Assembly: GCA_000830295.1 (NCBI GenBank)
Contig: CP010425.1
Span: 800,001 to 864,000, forward strand
DNA from: an archaeon GW2011_AR15
GTDB taxonomy: Archaea > Nanobdellota > Nanobdellia > Woesearchaeales > GW2011-AR15
Direction: 5' to 3'
DNA length: 64,000 nucleotides
This document shows, one piece after another, positions 10,264 to 19,026 of the stretch. The position numbers and the translations under genes were made by a program. Each line of letters starts with the position of its first letter. Positions within the stretch are counted from its first letter, which is position 1. The notes below the pieces were generated by a model that was not told the origin of the DNA, made no database searches, and saw nothing but the letters and a program-made list of their open reading frames with translations.

Positions 10264-13200
10264 CTAATCTACTAGTGTAACCCTTCCTGATTCAGAGCCG
10301 GGGTTTGTGAACCTTATAACCCTCTCGCCTGAACCTGATACTGTGTTCCTTATAAGCGTATTATAATCTCCTGTCTCAAGCTCTGCACCGATATCAGACG
10401 CTATTGCAAAGTCATTATATCTTAATATGTAGTTTATTATATAGACATCCTGTATGCTGTAAGCAAAGGAAGGGTTTATGTCATCAAGGAAAGTATTGTC
10501 ATCCAGCTTTCTTTCCCTTTCATTCAGGCTTTTCTGCCTTGTGTTGAAGATGAATATATTGCTTCCGACTTCTATGTCAGATACTTCCAGCCTGTTGTCA
10601 GGGTAGCCATATTCAGTAATATCTATTTCAGCGTCTGTTGCAAGTCCTACTCTTCTGCTTGCTCCAATCCCGTAATAATGTATGTGGTTTGTCTTGCCAG
10701 ATGCATCTGTGATTTCAGCATTTTCATATGTCACATTCAGGAAGAGGCGTGTTACATTCATCGTTGTATTGAATTCAAGGTCATCATTTGCGAGCCTTAA
10801 CTCATATTCGCCGCTGTCAGGATAAGTGAAGGATACATTAAATGTCCCGTCTCCCACGTCAAATATGTATGCATCAGTCTGCACTCCGTTTACATAAAGC
10901 TTAAGGTCACTTATGCCGGTTACGCTGCTGCCTGAATCTGTTAAGTTCACATTGAAGGTCTTTATAAGATCCTGATATGCCACTATGCCTGCAGGTCCGC
11001 TAAGCGTATCCGGAGTTGCAGAGGAATTAACTGCAATCCCGAAAGTAGGGTTATGGGTATTTCCGGCCAGGTCAGTACAGCTAATCACAAAAGAGTAATT
11101 GCCGTTGCTTAATCCGATTACTTTGGACTCGTGATATGTTGTGTTTGTGTATGAAAATATGACAATCTCTTCAGTAATAGGATCATTGTAATCGCATACA
11201 GCCGGCTCATTGGTCCATACTTTAAGTATAGGGCTGTTTGTCACTATAGTTACAGTCGGCTCAAATGACACTGTCGGAGGGTCAAAGTCAAGTATGACGA
11301 CATCCTGGTTGGACCATCTCCAGATGCCTGCTCCGTTAAGTGCCCCCACAGTAGCATTATATGTTTCTGAGGCCACGCCTGACACAGAATAAGACAATGA
11401 GGCAGTATCATTTACCAGCACAAGATACTGCGGCACTCCGTTTGTATCACTAAGGTTTATCATATAGTTGACAACACCGGATTCTTCATCTGTTGCTGCA
11501 GACCAGGTATATGTTACATTATCACCGGTCTTTTGCTCGCTTAATATATCGGGTTTCGATGCAGGGGAGTTGTCAATAGAGATATTGATTGAGCTTAATG
11601 CACCCCAGTTTCCTGCAGTATCCCTTGCCTTAATCTTGAAATAATATGAGCCTGACTGCAGGCCTGTGAATGTTTTATCTAATTCTCCTGCAAGGTCGCT
11701 AAGGCTGCCTTCTGGTATGCTGTCCGGCTCTGCATTGGAGGTTGTTGTAAGGACATAGCTGTATGCGTTCACTCCTGAGAGTACATCACTGCCCAGCCAT
11801 GAGAAATTCAGAAGAGCAGCATATACCCAGGTGCTGCTTCCTATGCCTTCAGTTGATTGGTATTCACTGGTTGATAGGTTCTTGAATGTCCCATACAGGC
11901 TTGAGATTGTCGGGGAGACCAAATCTACTGTAAGTCCATCAGAGGTTGAGTTTGCAGACAACCCCGCAGAGTTTATTGTGGATAGGTTCACATAAAGAGT
12001 TGAATTGTGAGCTAGGTTAAGCCCGGAAGTGGTTACAGTGGTGTTTACAGTGTGTATATCCCTTAAAGTTGTGCCGTTCTCATGGTAGAGCACATAATGA
12101 TAATCCAAAGGTATCCCAAACAGGTCAGACTCAGAGTCGCTTGCGCCTGACCAGGATATAGTTATGCTCTGGTTGTTATTAGTATAGTTCCCGTCATTGA
12201 TAGTGGCTGCAGTCGGCTCAGTGGTATCAAGCCCTGCCCCTGTTATGTTGTAGTAGATAGTGTCATTAGTTGTGGAATATACTCCTGAATAGTTTATCTG
12301 GTAAAAGACAACTTTTAAGCCGTTTCCAGTAGTCAAGTCCCAGAGCCTGTCTGAGACGCAGCTTTCCCACTGCGTCCATCCGGCATAGCCGCTGTCAGGC
12401 AGGGAGGTTGCATTTGGATAGTTTGTATATTTGCACCCTATTGCATTGTTATCAAAAGTCAAATGAAGGAAGACTGCAGTTTGTGAAGTATATTCCTGGT
12501 TGGTCTGCTCGACTCCGGTTACTCCGAGGTTCCTTATGGTTATGCTTGCACTAGGATCTACACAATTATAGGTTGCAAGTGAGCACACCAGCCCACCTGT
12601 GCAATCATCATTGGATACACAGTCTTTCCATGTTCCAGCATCGCAGTAATCATTATCCCCGTCGCCGTCAACATCTGCTGAGTGCACGCCATCATTGTAG
12701 CAGGTGCTGCTGGCTACGCAATCAGAGGTTGCCAGGCAGCAGGCATCGTCGCTTGAATTGTCAGCATATCCATTATCCATAGATAGTTCATCGACCACTC
12801 TTGTATTCTTATTTTGGCTTGAGTCATCTCCACAGCATACAGTTCCGTTGACTTCGCCGCTTATGTTCCAGTATCCTGAGCCTACTATTGCAGTACATGC
12901 AGCGCTTGAAGCATCTCCGCCATACCATGTGCTGCTTGCCCCGCAATATGCCTTGCTTGGTATTGAGGCGGAGCTAGCGCTTCCTGTTGCTACGCATGCG
13001 CCATTATAGTTGCAGTCTGTAGCGACATTACAGCATGCAGTTACAGCATTATTGTATCCGGCAGGCGCGTCAGTGCTTGAAGCTTCGGTAATGACTGCCT
13101 CTTCAGTATCATCGCCGCAGCAGGTTGTTGTTCCACAGGAGGCGTCTCCTGTACAATCTCCTGCGCCCAGGGCCCATCCAGGGCCGCCGTTGCATGTACC

Positions 13201-13452
13201 ATATGCAGTGCATGCACCCGTACTTGTATCACCGGTAACGCCTGTGCATGAATTATCGTTTACAGCACAAACAATCACTCTCTCATTTCCAGGCAAAACA
13301 GTCAGGAATATGAAATAGACAAAGAAACAAAGCACGACAAGAAAGAAAGTCCTCTGGAAAGAGGCTCTTGAACCAATATTAAGATGGAGAATACTATGTT
13401 TCCTACTATCTTCAAACCTTATTGGGCTCTTTAGCCCGCCCAGTTTACCCAT
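10264..13452 (-). CDS. Large surface/adhesin-like protein with Cys-rich repeats and FN3/Ig-like domains
   Basis: N-terminal TM, two CCGDD-containing Cys-rich units, repeated W-S-x-x-D-x-x-S-G and ARDTAGN FN3-like motifs, many N-x-S/T sequons; ATG at 13452 follows GAGGTTGA. Confidence 0.75.
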   Translation of the reverse strand: MGKLGGLKSPIRFEDSRKHSILHLNIGSRASFQRTFFLVVLCFFVYFIFLTVLPGNERVIVCAVNDNSCTGVTGDTSTGACTAYGTCNGGPGWALGAGDCTGDASCGTTTCCGDDTEEAVITEASSTDAPAGYNNAVTACCNVATDCNYNGACVATGSASSASIPSKAYCGASSTWYGGDASSAACTAIVGSGYWNISGEVNGTVCCGDDSSQNKNTRVVDELSMDNGYADNSSDDACCLATSDCVASSTCYNDGVHSADVDGDGDNDYCDAGTWKDCVSNDDCTGGLVCSLATYNCVDPSASITIRNLGVTGVEQTNQEYTSQTAVFLHLTFDNNAIGCKYTNYPNATSLPDSGYAGWTQWESCVSDRLWDLTTGNGLKVVFYQINYSGVYSTTNDTIYYNITGAGLDTTEPTAATINDGNYTNNNQSITISWSGASDSESDLFGIPLDYHYVLYHENGTTLRDIHTVNTTVTTSGLNLAHNSTLYVNLSTINSAGLSANSTSDGLTVDLVSPTISSLYGTFKNLSTSEYQSTEGIGSSTWVYAALLNFSWLGSDVLSGVNAYSYVLTTTSNAEPDSIPEGSLSDLAGELDKTFTGLQSGSYYFKIKARDTAGNWGALSSINISIDNSPASKPDILSEQKTGDNVTYTWSAATDEESGVVNYMINLSDTNGVPQYLVLVNDTASLSYSVSGVASETYNATVGALNGAGIWRWSNQDVVILDFDPPTVSFEPTVTIVTNSPILKVWTNEPAVCDYNDPITEEIVIFSYTNTTYHESKVIGLSNGNYSFVISCTDLAGNTHNPTFGIAVNSSATPDTLSGPAGIVAYQDLIKTFNVNLTDSGSSVTGISDLKLYVNGVQTDAYIFDVGDGTFNVSFTYPDSGEYELRLANDDLEFNTTMNVTRLFLNVTYENAEITDASGKTNHIHYYGIGASRRVGLATDAEIDITEYGYPDNRLEVSDIEVGSNIFIFNTRQKSLNERERKLDDNTFLDDINPSFAYSIQDVYIINYILRYNDFAIASDIGAELETGDYNTLIRNTVSGSGERVIRFTNPGSESGRVTLVD

Positions 13453-13603
13453 TATCAACCTCTTTTTCAATATACTTTGATATTATAGTATTTATTTTTG
13501 TCGATATTTTGGCATCTGTTTCTCTACATATCTCTTTAACCTTCTCATATAAATTTCTATCGATTGAGATGCTTATTTTTACCTTTGTTACATCATTTTT
13601 CAT
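13445..13603 (-). CDS. Ribbon-helix-helix (CopG/MetJ/Arc-like) DNA-binding protein, 52 aa, absent from the ORF track
   Basis: Translates to MKNDVTKVKISISIDRNLYEKVKEICRETDAKISTKINTIISKYIEKEVDNG; alternating beta-strand KISISID followed by two helices; overlaps the start of the next gene. Confidence 0.75.
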   Translation of the reverse strand: MKNDVTKVKISISIDRNLYEKVKEICRETDAKISTKINTIISKYIEKEVDNG

Positions 13604-13643
13604 AAAGTATTACTTTCATTACTTTTCCTACTTATATATTTTT
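13604..13643 (-). promoter_or_regulatory. TATA box plus repeated AAGTA operator-like sites upstream of the RHH gene
   Basis: Minus strand reads AAAAATATATAAGTAGGAAAAGTAATGAAAGTAATACTTT then ATG: three AAGTA direct repeats and an AAAGTA-N-TACTTT palindrome. Confidence 0.5.
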
Positions 13644-13661
13644 GCTAAACTCAAACGCAAA

Positions 13662-13715
13662 CCAACCATATTGGTTGGCTCCTGAGCCCGAAAATAATTG
13701 GCATTTTCGAGGGGT
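13662..13715. repeat. Intergenic hairpins; the second resembles the hairpin at 63067-63098
   Basis: CCAACCA-tat-TGGTTGG and CCCGAAAAT-aattggc-ATTTTCGAGGGG. Confidence 0.55.
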
Positions 13716-13749
13716 TTATTAATGGGACAGCATCTACAATGCTGGGAGA

Positions 13750-15219
13750 ATGGAACTAAAAGGCTATCATTATCTGATTTTAGGGCTGCTGCTGGCATTT
13801 GCTTTTTTCAGCACATACAGTGAAACGCATTTGGAGTATCCCTTCCCATACCATCATGATGAATGGCAGCACCTCGGCATCTCAATGCAGGCAATGGAAG
13901 AGGGATATAATAAAGTATATAATCCATTTCTTGGGGCCCCTGGATGGCATGCAGATCTCGAGTCAGGATTCCACCTGTTTTTGGCAAACATATTCCTCAT
14001 GACAGGTCTTAATCCTGTTCTGAGCTACCAGTACCTTGCTGCTATATTTGCAGTAATTACAGGATTTGTCATTTTTCTCTGTGTTTACAGGCTTACAGGC
14101 AAATTTTATGCCGGAATTCTTGCATTAATTGTGTTTATCTCTTTAAAATCTAATGTAAATATACTTGGAAAAAGCTATTTTGTGCCTATGACAATGGCAA
14201 TGCCCTTTATCTTCCTCTTTATCCTTTTCTTCCTCACCTCCCTGAAAGAGAAAAGCCATAAGAAATTCCTTTTTTCCTTTGTCCTGCTGTTTTTGATTTT
14301 CCTGATACATCCGCCGTCTGCAATCATACTCGGGATTCCTGTGCTCGTTGAAATCCTCTTCAATATTGGCTTTATGGAGAAGATATATGAAAAATTCAGG
14401 TTTTTTTTTCTTGCGCTGCCTTTTTTTGCCCTTTTGGTATTTCTCCTGCTCTGGAAAGGGGAATGGCAGGCAACTCTTGGCTATTTTTCAGACCTGCTGG
14501 TCTTTGAGCAGGGATGGGGGAAAATTGAGATTGCATATTTCCTGCCCGCATTGTACGGATGGGCGGCGACCTTGTTTGCAGTCTACGGGTTTGTAGTGGC
14601 CAATAAAATGAAATTAAGATTCTTCATGATATTTGCATTTGTTTCAATAGGCATGACTGCTTTTTTCAATATCTTTGGGTTTGCAGTAGTGATACCTTAT
14701 TCAAGGGCAATCCATTACTCTATGCTTTCTCTTCTCCCACTGACGGCACTGGGGGTTTTAAGCGCATTACAATTAGTATACAGGAAGATTGAAAATAATG
14801 ATGCATTGCAGACCCTGGCTTGCTTTGTATTTCTCCTGATAGTTGTCAGTTCCTCTTATACTCTTGACACGCAGTATAAGACCTATGGGCAGCTTCCACT
14901 GGATAGGCAGGATTACAATGCACTTATATGGATAAAAGAAACTTATGGTTCTGATAATGTTCTTGTTACGCCGTATTTCATGACGTCTGCAGTTTATCCT
15001 GTAAGCGGAAGCAAGGCAATCTCCCTGATACCTTCGCAGATGGGTGGTGGCCTTATAGAAGAAAACCTGAACTTCTACACATATACCTGCGATAAGCAGG
15101 AAGAAATTGCAGGGCAGGCAAATGCAAGCCTTGTACTGAGCAAGCTTCCCATAGAGTGCAGTTTTCTGGAACAGGTTTATTCAAGAGGGGATTTTGTCTA
15201 TTCTGTAAGAACTATTTAA
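13750..15219 (+). CDS. GT-C fold (ArnT/PMT-like) membrane glycosyltransferase
   Basis: HHDEWQH acidic motif after TM1, about 12 TM helices, C-terminal soluble domain (ALIWIKE). Confidence 0.65.
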   Translation: MELKGYHYLILGLLLAFAFFSTYSETHLEYPFPYHHDEWQHLGISMQAMEEGYNKVYNPFLGAPGWHADLESGFHLFLANIFLMTGLNPVLSYQYLAAIFAVITGFVIFLCVYRLTGKFYAGILALIVFISLKSNVNILGKSYFVPMTMAMPFIFLFILFFLTSLKEKSHKKFLFSFVLLFLIFLIHPPSAIILGIPVLVEILFNIGFMEKIYEKFRFFFLALPFFALLVFLLLWKGEWQATLGYFSDLLVFEQGWGKIEIAYFLPALYGWAATLFAVYGFVVANKMKLRFFMIFAFVSIGMTAFFNIFGFAVVIPYSRAIHYSMLSLLPLTALGVLSALQLVYRKIENNDALQTLACFVFLLIVVSSSYTLDTQYKTYGQLPLDRQDYNALIWIKETYGSDNVLVTPYFMTSAVYPVSGSKAISLIPSQMGGGLIEENLNFYTYTCDKQEEIAGQANASLVLSKLPIECSFLEQVYSRGDFVYSVRTI

Positions 15220-16834
15220 GAAGCTTCTGAAGCGTTTTTCCGAATTTGGTCTTCCCTATTGAATAGGTTAATTTGAAAAGTGGATATGTAACAGAATTTC
15301 TCAGTTCTCCAAGGCGTTTTTCCAGGAAATCCACTTTCTGCTTAAACGCCTTCAGCTCTTTCTCAGTACTATTCTTCTCAGCTTTCAGAGTTTCCCAGGA
15401 GGTAATAAGGCCGTTTATCTCAGCATCCCTTTCTATCAATATTTTTTCAAGCTCGTGTTGTTTTTCCTTTAAATCTGATGCTTTCATTTTTCTTGACTCT
15501 ATCTCTTCCTGAAGATTTAGGATATGCTTATCCCTCTTTTCTATCTCTTCTTCCAGCTTTTTTATGCTACCCTCCTTCCTGTCCCTTTCATCCCTCAGGC
15601 TCATGAACACCTCGCGCCTGCTGTCCAGTAGCTGGCTATGCCGGAACTCAGTTTTTGTCTTGTCAACAGACGGCTTCCAGCAGAAATTATCCAGAGGGCC
15701 GACCAGCTTATCCCATGCGTTATCAGAAACAAATTTCTCAATGTTCTTTTTCATAGCAGCCTTGTCTTTTTCACTTAATTTTAAAACCACGCTGGCAGTC
15801 TCTTCCGGAGTTTTTCCATCAATAACAACTCCTGTCTGGTATCTTTTCACCAGCTCTGCGACAGTATCCCCGCCGCTTACAATAACAGGCAGCCTGCCGT
15901 ACATTGCCTCGGAGACCCTTGTCCTGTAGGATAATTCTGTCTCCAGTATGCCCTGCGGATAAGTTGCAATGAACAAGTCAGATTCGTTATAGATGCTATC
16001 AATATCCTCATAATCAGCATAGTCAAACAAAAAGACGGACTTGTTCAGCATTTTCTTATCTTTCACGAACCTGTAGAATTTGTTATAATTATCTTCGTAA
16101 AGTTTTTTGTAGACAAACGGGCTCTGTGCCCCGACAACAGCCAGAACATACTTATCACTTTTCTTCGAGATTTCATGCATTATTCTCGCTGTCTGCATAG
16201 GGTCAAGCCAGTTGAAGAAAGTGCTCATCCACAAAATTATTTTTTTATCTCCAGGAATAGCTTTTCTCAGAATCTTTTTTTTCCCAAGGGGCTTTCCTGA
16301 TTTCACACCGAAGGGGACAATTCCAACAAGATTTCTTTTCCTATTATATGGGTTTACTCTCCCCACGGCAGCCAGCATTCCAAGATAATACCTTCTTTGC
16401 CTTTCACTCGCACAGATGAAATAATCACCGTACTGGAAGGGAATCAGGGTTGAAAGGAATATGTCATCTGTAAACCTCCAGAAATCACTTTGTGTTTTCT
16501 TATAATCGTAATGGATATGTTCAAGAAGGTAAGGGGCATAGACATCAACAACAATTGGGATTTTTACCCTGCTCAGGAATTCATGGTCATCAAACCATAT
16601 CTGTATAAAGGCGACATCGTATTTTCTTATGCCTTTAAGTATCTGTGCAGGAATGTAGCTGATGAATCTTATATTCTCCCTGGTAAGCTCCTTTCCCCTG
16701 TCCTTTTCAGCAATAGTAACCTTATGCCCTTTTTTTGTAAGGGCTTTGGCTAATTCCCATAACCTGATGCTTGGTCCAAAGGTCTTCCCGTCAGAAAAAA
16801 CCTTCTTGTGGCTGAACATGATTATCTTAGACAT
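15212..16834 (-). CDS. GT4-like glycosyltransferase with a C-terminal coiled coil
   Basis: GPSIRLWELAKAL N-terminus, ETELSYRTRVSEAMYGRLPVI motif, heptad-rich tail. Confidence 0.8.
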   Translation of the reverse strand: MSKIIMFSHKKVFSDGKTFGPSIRLWELAKALTKKGHKVTIAEKDRGKELTRENIRFISYIPAQILKGIRKYDVAFIQIWFDDHEFLSRVKIPIVVDVYAPYLLEHIHYDYKKTQSDFWRFTDDIFLSTLIPFQYGDYFICASERQRRYYLGMLAAVGRVNPYNRKRNLVGIVPFGVKSGKPLGKKKILRKAIPGDKKIILWMSTFFNWLDPMQTARIMHEISKKSDKYVLAVVGAQSPFVYKKLYEDNYNKFYRFVKDKKMLNKSVFLFDYADYEDIDSIYNESDLFIATYPQGILETELSYRTRVSEAMYGRLPVIVSGGDTVAELVKRYQTGVVIDGKTPEETASVVLKLSEKDKAAMKKNIEKFVSDNAWDKLVGPLDNFCWKPSVDKTKTEFRHSQLLDSRREVFMSLRDERDRKEGSIKKLEEEIEKRDKHILNLQEEIESRKMKASDLKEKQHELEKILIERDAEINGLITSWETLKAEKNSTEKELKAFKQKVDFLEKRLGELRNSVTYPLFKLTYSIGKTKFGKTLQKLLK

Positions 16835-16937
16835 TTTACCCCTTTGGAATAGAAAAACTATATAAAAAGCTTGTGAATAGACAAATAGACCAGCAACAGG
16901 AAAGGTATTTGCAGTGGGGTGGACCCCTCATGCTTCC

Positions 16938-18146
16938 CTATAGCAGCTTGCTGATTTTGATTAGCTTTTTCTGCAGGGGAGTCATTTTCTCTATTTCCCT
17001 GTGGAATATGAGGTTCCAGCCAAGGTTGTCGCAGCAATACAGGCAGCCGTTGCCGGTCTGTGTCGTGTTTCCTATGTTGTTGAAATATGGGTCCTTTACG
17101 TCATAGTCAATTGTATGTTTCCTGAAAGTGCATTGTTTTTTTCCTGACCAGATTTTCTTTATACTTTTTTCATAAATATTCCCTACTGGTATTCTTCCGG
17201 ACTTAAGGCAGGAATTCACTTCCCCGGTTGCCAGTATTCTCAAAAAGTTGAAGCCGGCATAGCATGGGATTTTTCCTATTATGCTCTTGTCATATATTCC
17301 TTTTTCTGTCTCTCCTTCAAGCCTCCTTAGGAATTGCTCAGGCTGCTTGAATATTATTTTGTGGCCATATTGCTTTTCCCAGGCATGTATTTTTGGCCGG
17401 ATATTCCTCATTTTCCCAGCCAGCAAATTCCTCTGTTCCTCATTGAGCATAAGACTGTCTGTCATTCCAGGAACAATATCTGTAGGGGTGAATTCAACAG
17501 CATCTGCCCTTACTTTAAATGCAAGCTCAACCATGTTTTCGAAGTCATAATAGTTCTCTGTGGAAATTACATGATACAGAGTTAGCTTTGGCTTGTCTGT
17601 CCTGTATTTTTTCTTCAGAAAATGCAGGTAATTCAGCGTATCCACAATCCTGTGAAATGTCTTTTCTGTCTGGTTTGGGTGGGTTCTTGAATATGCTTCA
17701 GGAGAGCCTGCCCAGAGACTGCAGTTCATATGGTCTATTTTTGCTTTTACTATTCTCCTGGCTTTCTCTTTTGTTATCAGCGTCATGTTGTTGCTCATGT
17801 CCACATTCATGCCTTTCTTCTTTACATATTCCATAATATCAACAGCATTTGGGTGCATAAAAGGCTCTCCTCCGCCTGTGAAATAAATCTCCCTTGTGTT
17901 CATGTCAGCCAGGTCATCAACTAGTTTCTTTACAAGCCTGTAGGGAAGCTCTTTTTTCCTCGTCTCCTTATCCATAGTCTCAAATCCGACAAGAGGAGAA
18001 AAGGACCAGCAGGAAATGCAGTCATTGTTGCAGTGGTTGGTAAGGTCAAGGTGCACAGAATAAGGCCCGGTGATTGGCTTTTTCTCAAGTATTCCTGCTA
18101 TTATCCTGTATTTCTGGGCTTTATCCTTCAGGCTGTAGAATGGCAT
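16938..18146 (-). CDS. Radical SAM protein with SPASM/twitch domain
   Basis: CNNDCISC, TGGGEP, CYAG...GEVNSC...GNI. Confidence 0.92.
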   Translation of the reverse strand: MPFYSLKDKAQKYRIIAGILEKKPITGPYSVHLDLTNHCNNDCISCWSFSPLVGFETMDKETRKKELPYRLVKKLVDDLADMNTREIYFTGGGEPFMHPNAVDIMEYVKKKGMNVDMSNNMTLITKEKARRIVKAKIDHMNCSLWAGSPEAYSRTHPNQTEKTFHRIVDTLNYLHFLKKKYRTDKPKLTLYHVISTENYYDFENMVELAFKVRADAVEFTPTDIVPGMTDSLMLNEEQRNLLAGKMRNIRPKIHAWEKQYGHKIIFKQPEQFLRRLEGETEKGIYDKSIIGKIPCYAGFNFLRILATGEVNSCLKSGRIPVGNIYEKSIKKIWSGKKQCTFRKHTIDYDVKDPYFNNIGNTTQTGNGCLYCCDNLGWNLIFHREIEKMTPLQKKLIKISKLL

Positions 18147-18174
18147 ATATTACATAAATAATACTCAAGTATTA

Positions 18175-19026
18175 TTATGCTTTTTGCAAAGACTTCAGGT
18201 AAAAACCGATATCATAAAACTCATTATAAAAAAAGCCAGGGAGAGTTACTATGCTTAAGCCCAGCTTTAGGCTCATGAGTTCCTTAAACAGAAAAACAAG
18301 AGTAATATAAGGGTTATATACCAAGAGACGCATCATCACTCCGGCAAAGCTGTCCGGAAGAGGATAGCCATGGAAGGTCCACTTTCTTGCGGCTCTTATC
18401 ACGCTGGAAAAAGTATCCTCTTTTAGATGATAGCAGGCTGCATCAGGCTCATAAACAATATCAAATCCGCTTTTCTTCAGCCGTCTTGAGACATCAACAT
18501 CTTCGTAATTTGTAGTGTATTTCTCATCATATCCCCCAATTTTTCTAAGAGCGGAGATTCTGAAAACAGTATTGGCTCCAAAAAGGAAATTCGGGTTAGT
18601 TATCTTTTGGTTTCCCCAGTTTTGCTTTAAATGAAAAGAGCGCCATTTGTCTGCCAATGCTTTCTTATTCTTTTCTATAAGTTTTCCGCCAACCCCGGCT
18701 ACCCCCTTTTTATCAAAATCCTTCATAATTTCTTTCAGCCAGCCTTTTTCAAGAACACAGTCAGAATCAACAGCAGCAATAAGTTCTGTCATACAGTTTC
18801 TCAGCGCAAGGTTTCTTGCAGCAGCAAGATTTTGCCGTCCTAAGTTGAGAACCCTGACTTTGAATTTTTTCGCAATCTTGACTGTATTGTCAGCTGAATT
18901 GTTATCCACTACCAGGATATTCTTCGGGGATATTTCCTGCTTCAATATGCTTTCTATGCATTTTCCTATTGTCTTTTCAGAATTCAGGGCAGGGAGGTAG
19001 AACGTGATGCTAAATGTTGTATTCAT
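18175..19026 (-). CDS. GT2 glycosyltransferase
   Basis: VVDNNSADNT, AARN, DSD (DxD), GGYDE..YEDVD motifs. Confidence 0.92.
   Translation of the reverse strand: MNTTFSITFYLPALNSEKTIGKCIESILKQEISPKNILVVDNNSADNTVKIAKKFKVRVLNLGRQNLAAARNLALRNCMTELIAAVDSDCVLEKGWLKEIMKDFDKKGVAGVGGKLIEKNKKALADKWRSFHLKQNWGNQKITNPNFLFGANTVFRISALRKIGGYDEKYTTNYEDVDVSRRLKKSGFDIVYEPDAACYHLKEDTFSSVIRAARKWTFHGYPLPDSFAGVMMRLLVYNPYITLVFLFKELMSLKLGLSIVTLPGFFYNEFYDIGFYLKSLQKA

Noticed and set aside
13422-13685. 87-aa plus-strand ORF
   Set aside because: Antisense shadow of the better-supported RHH gene
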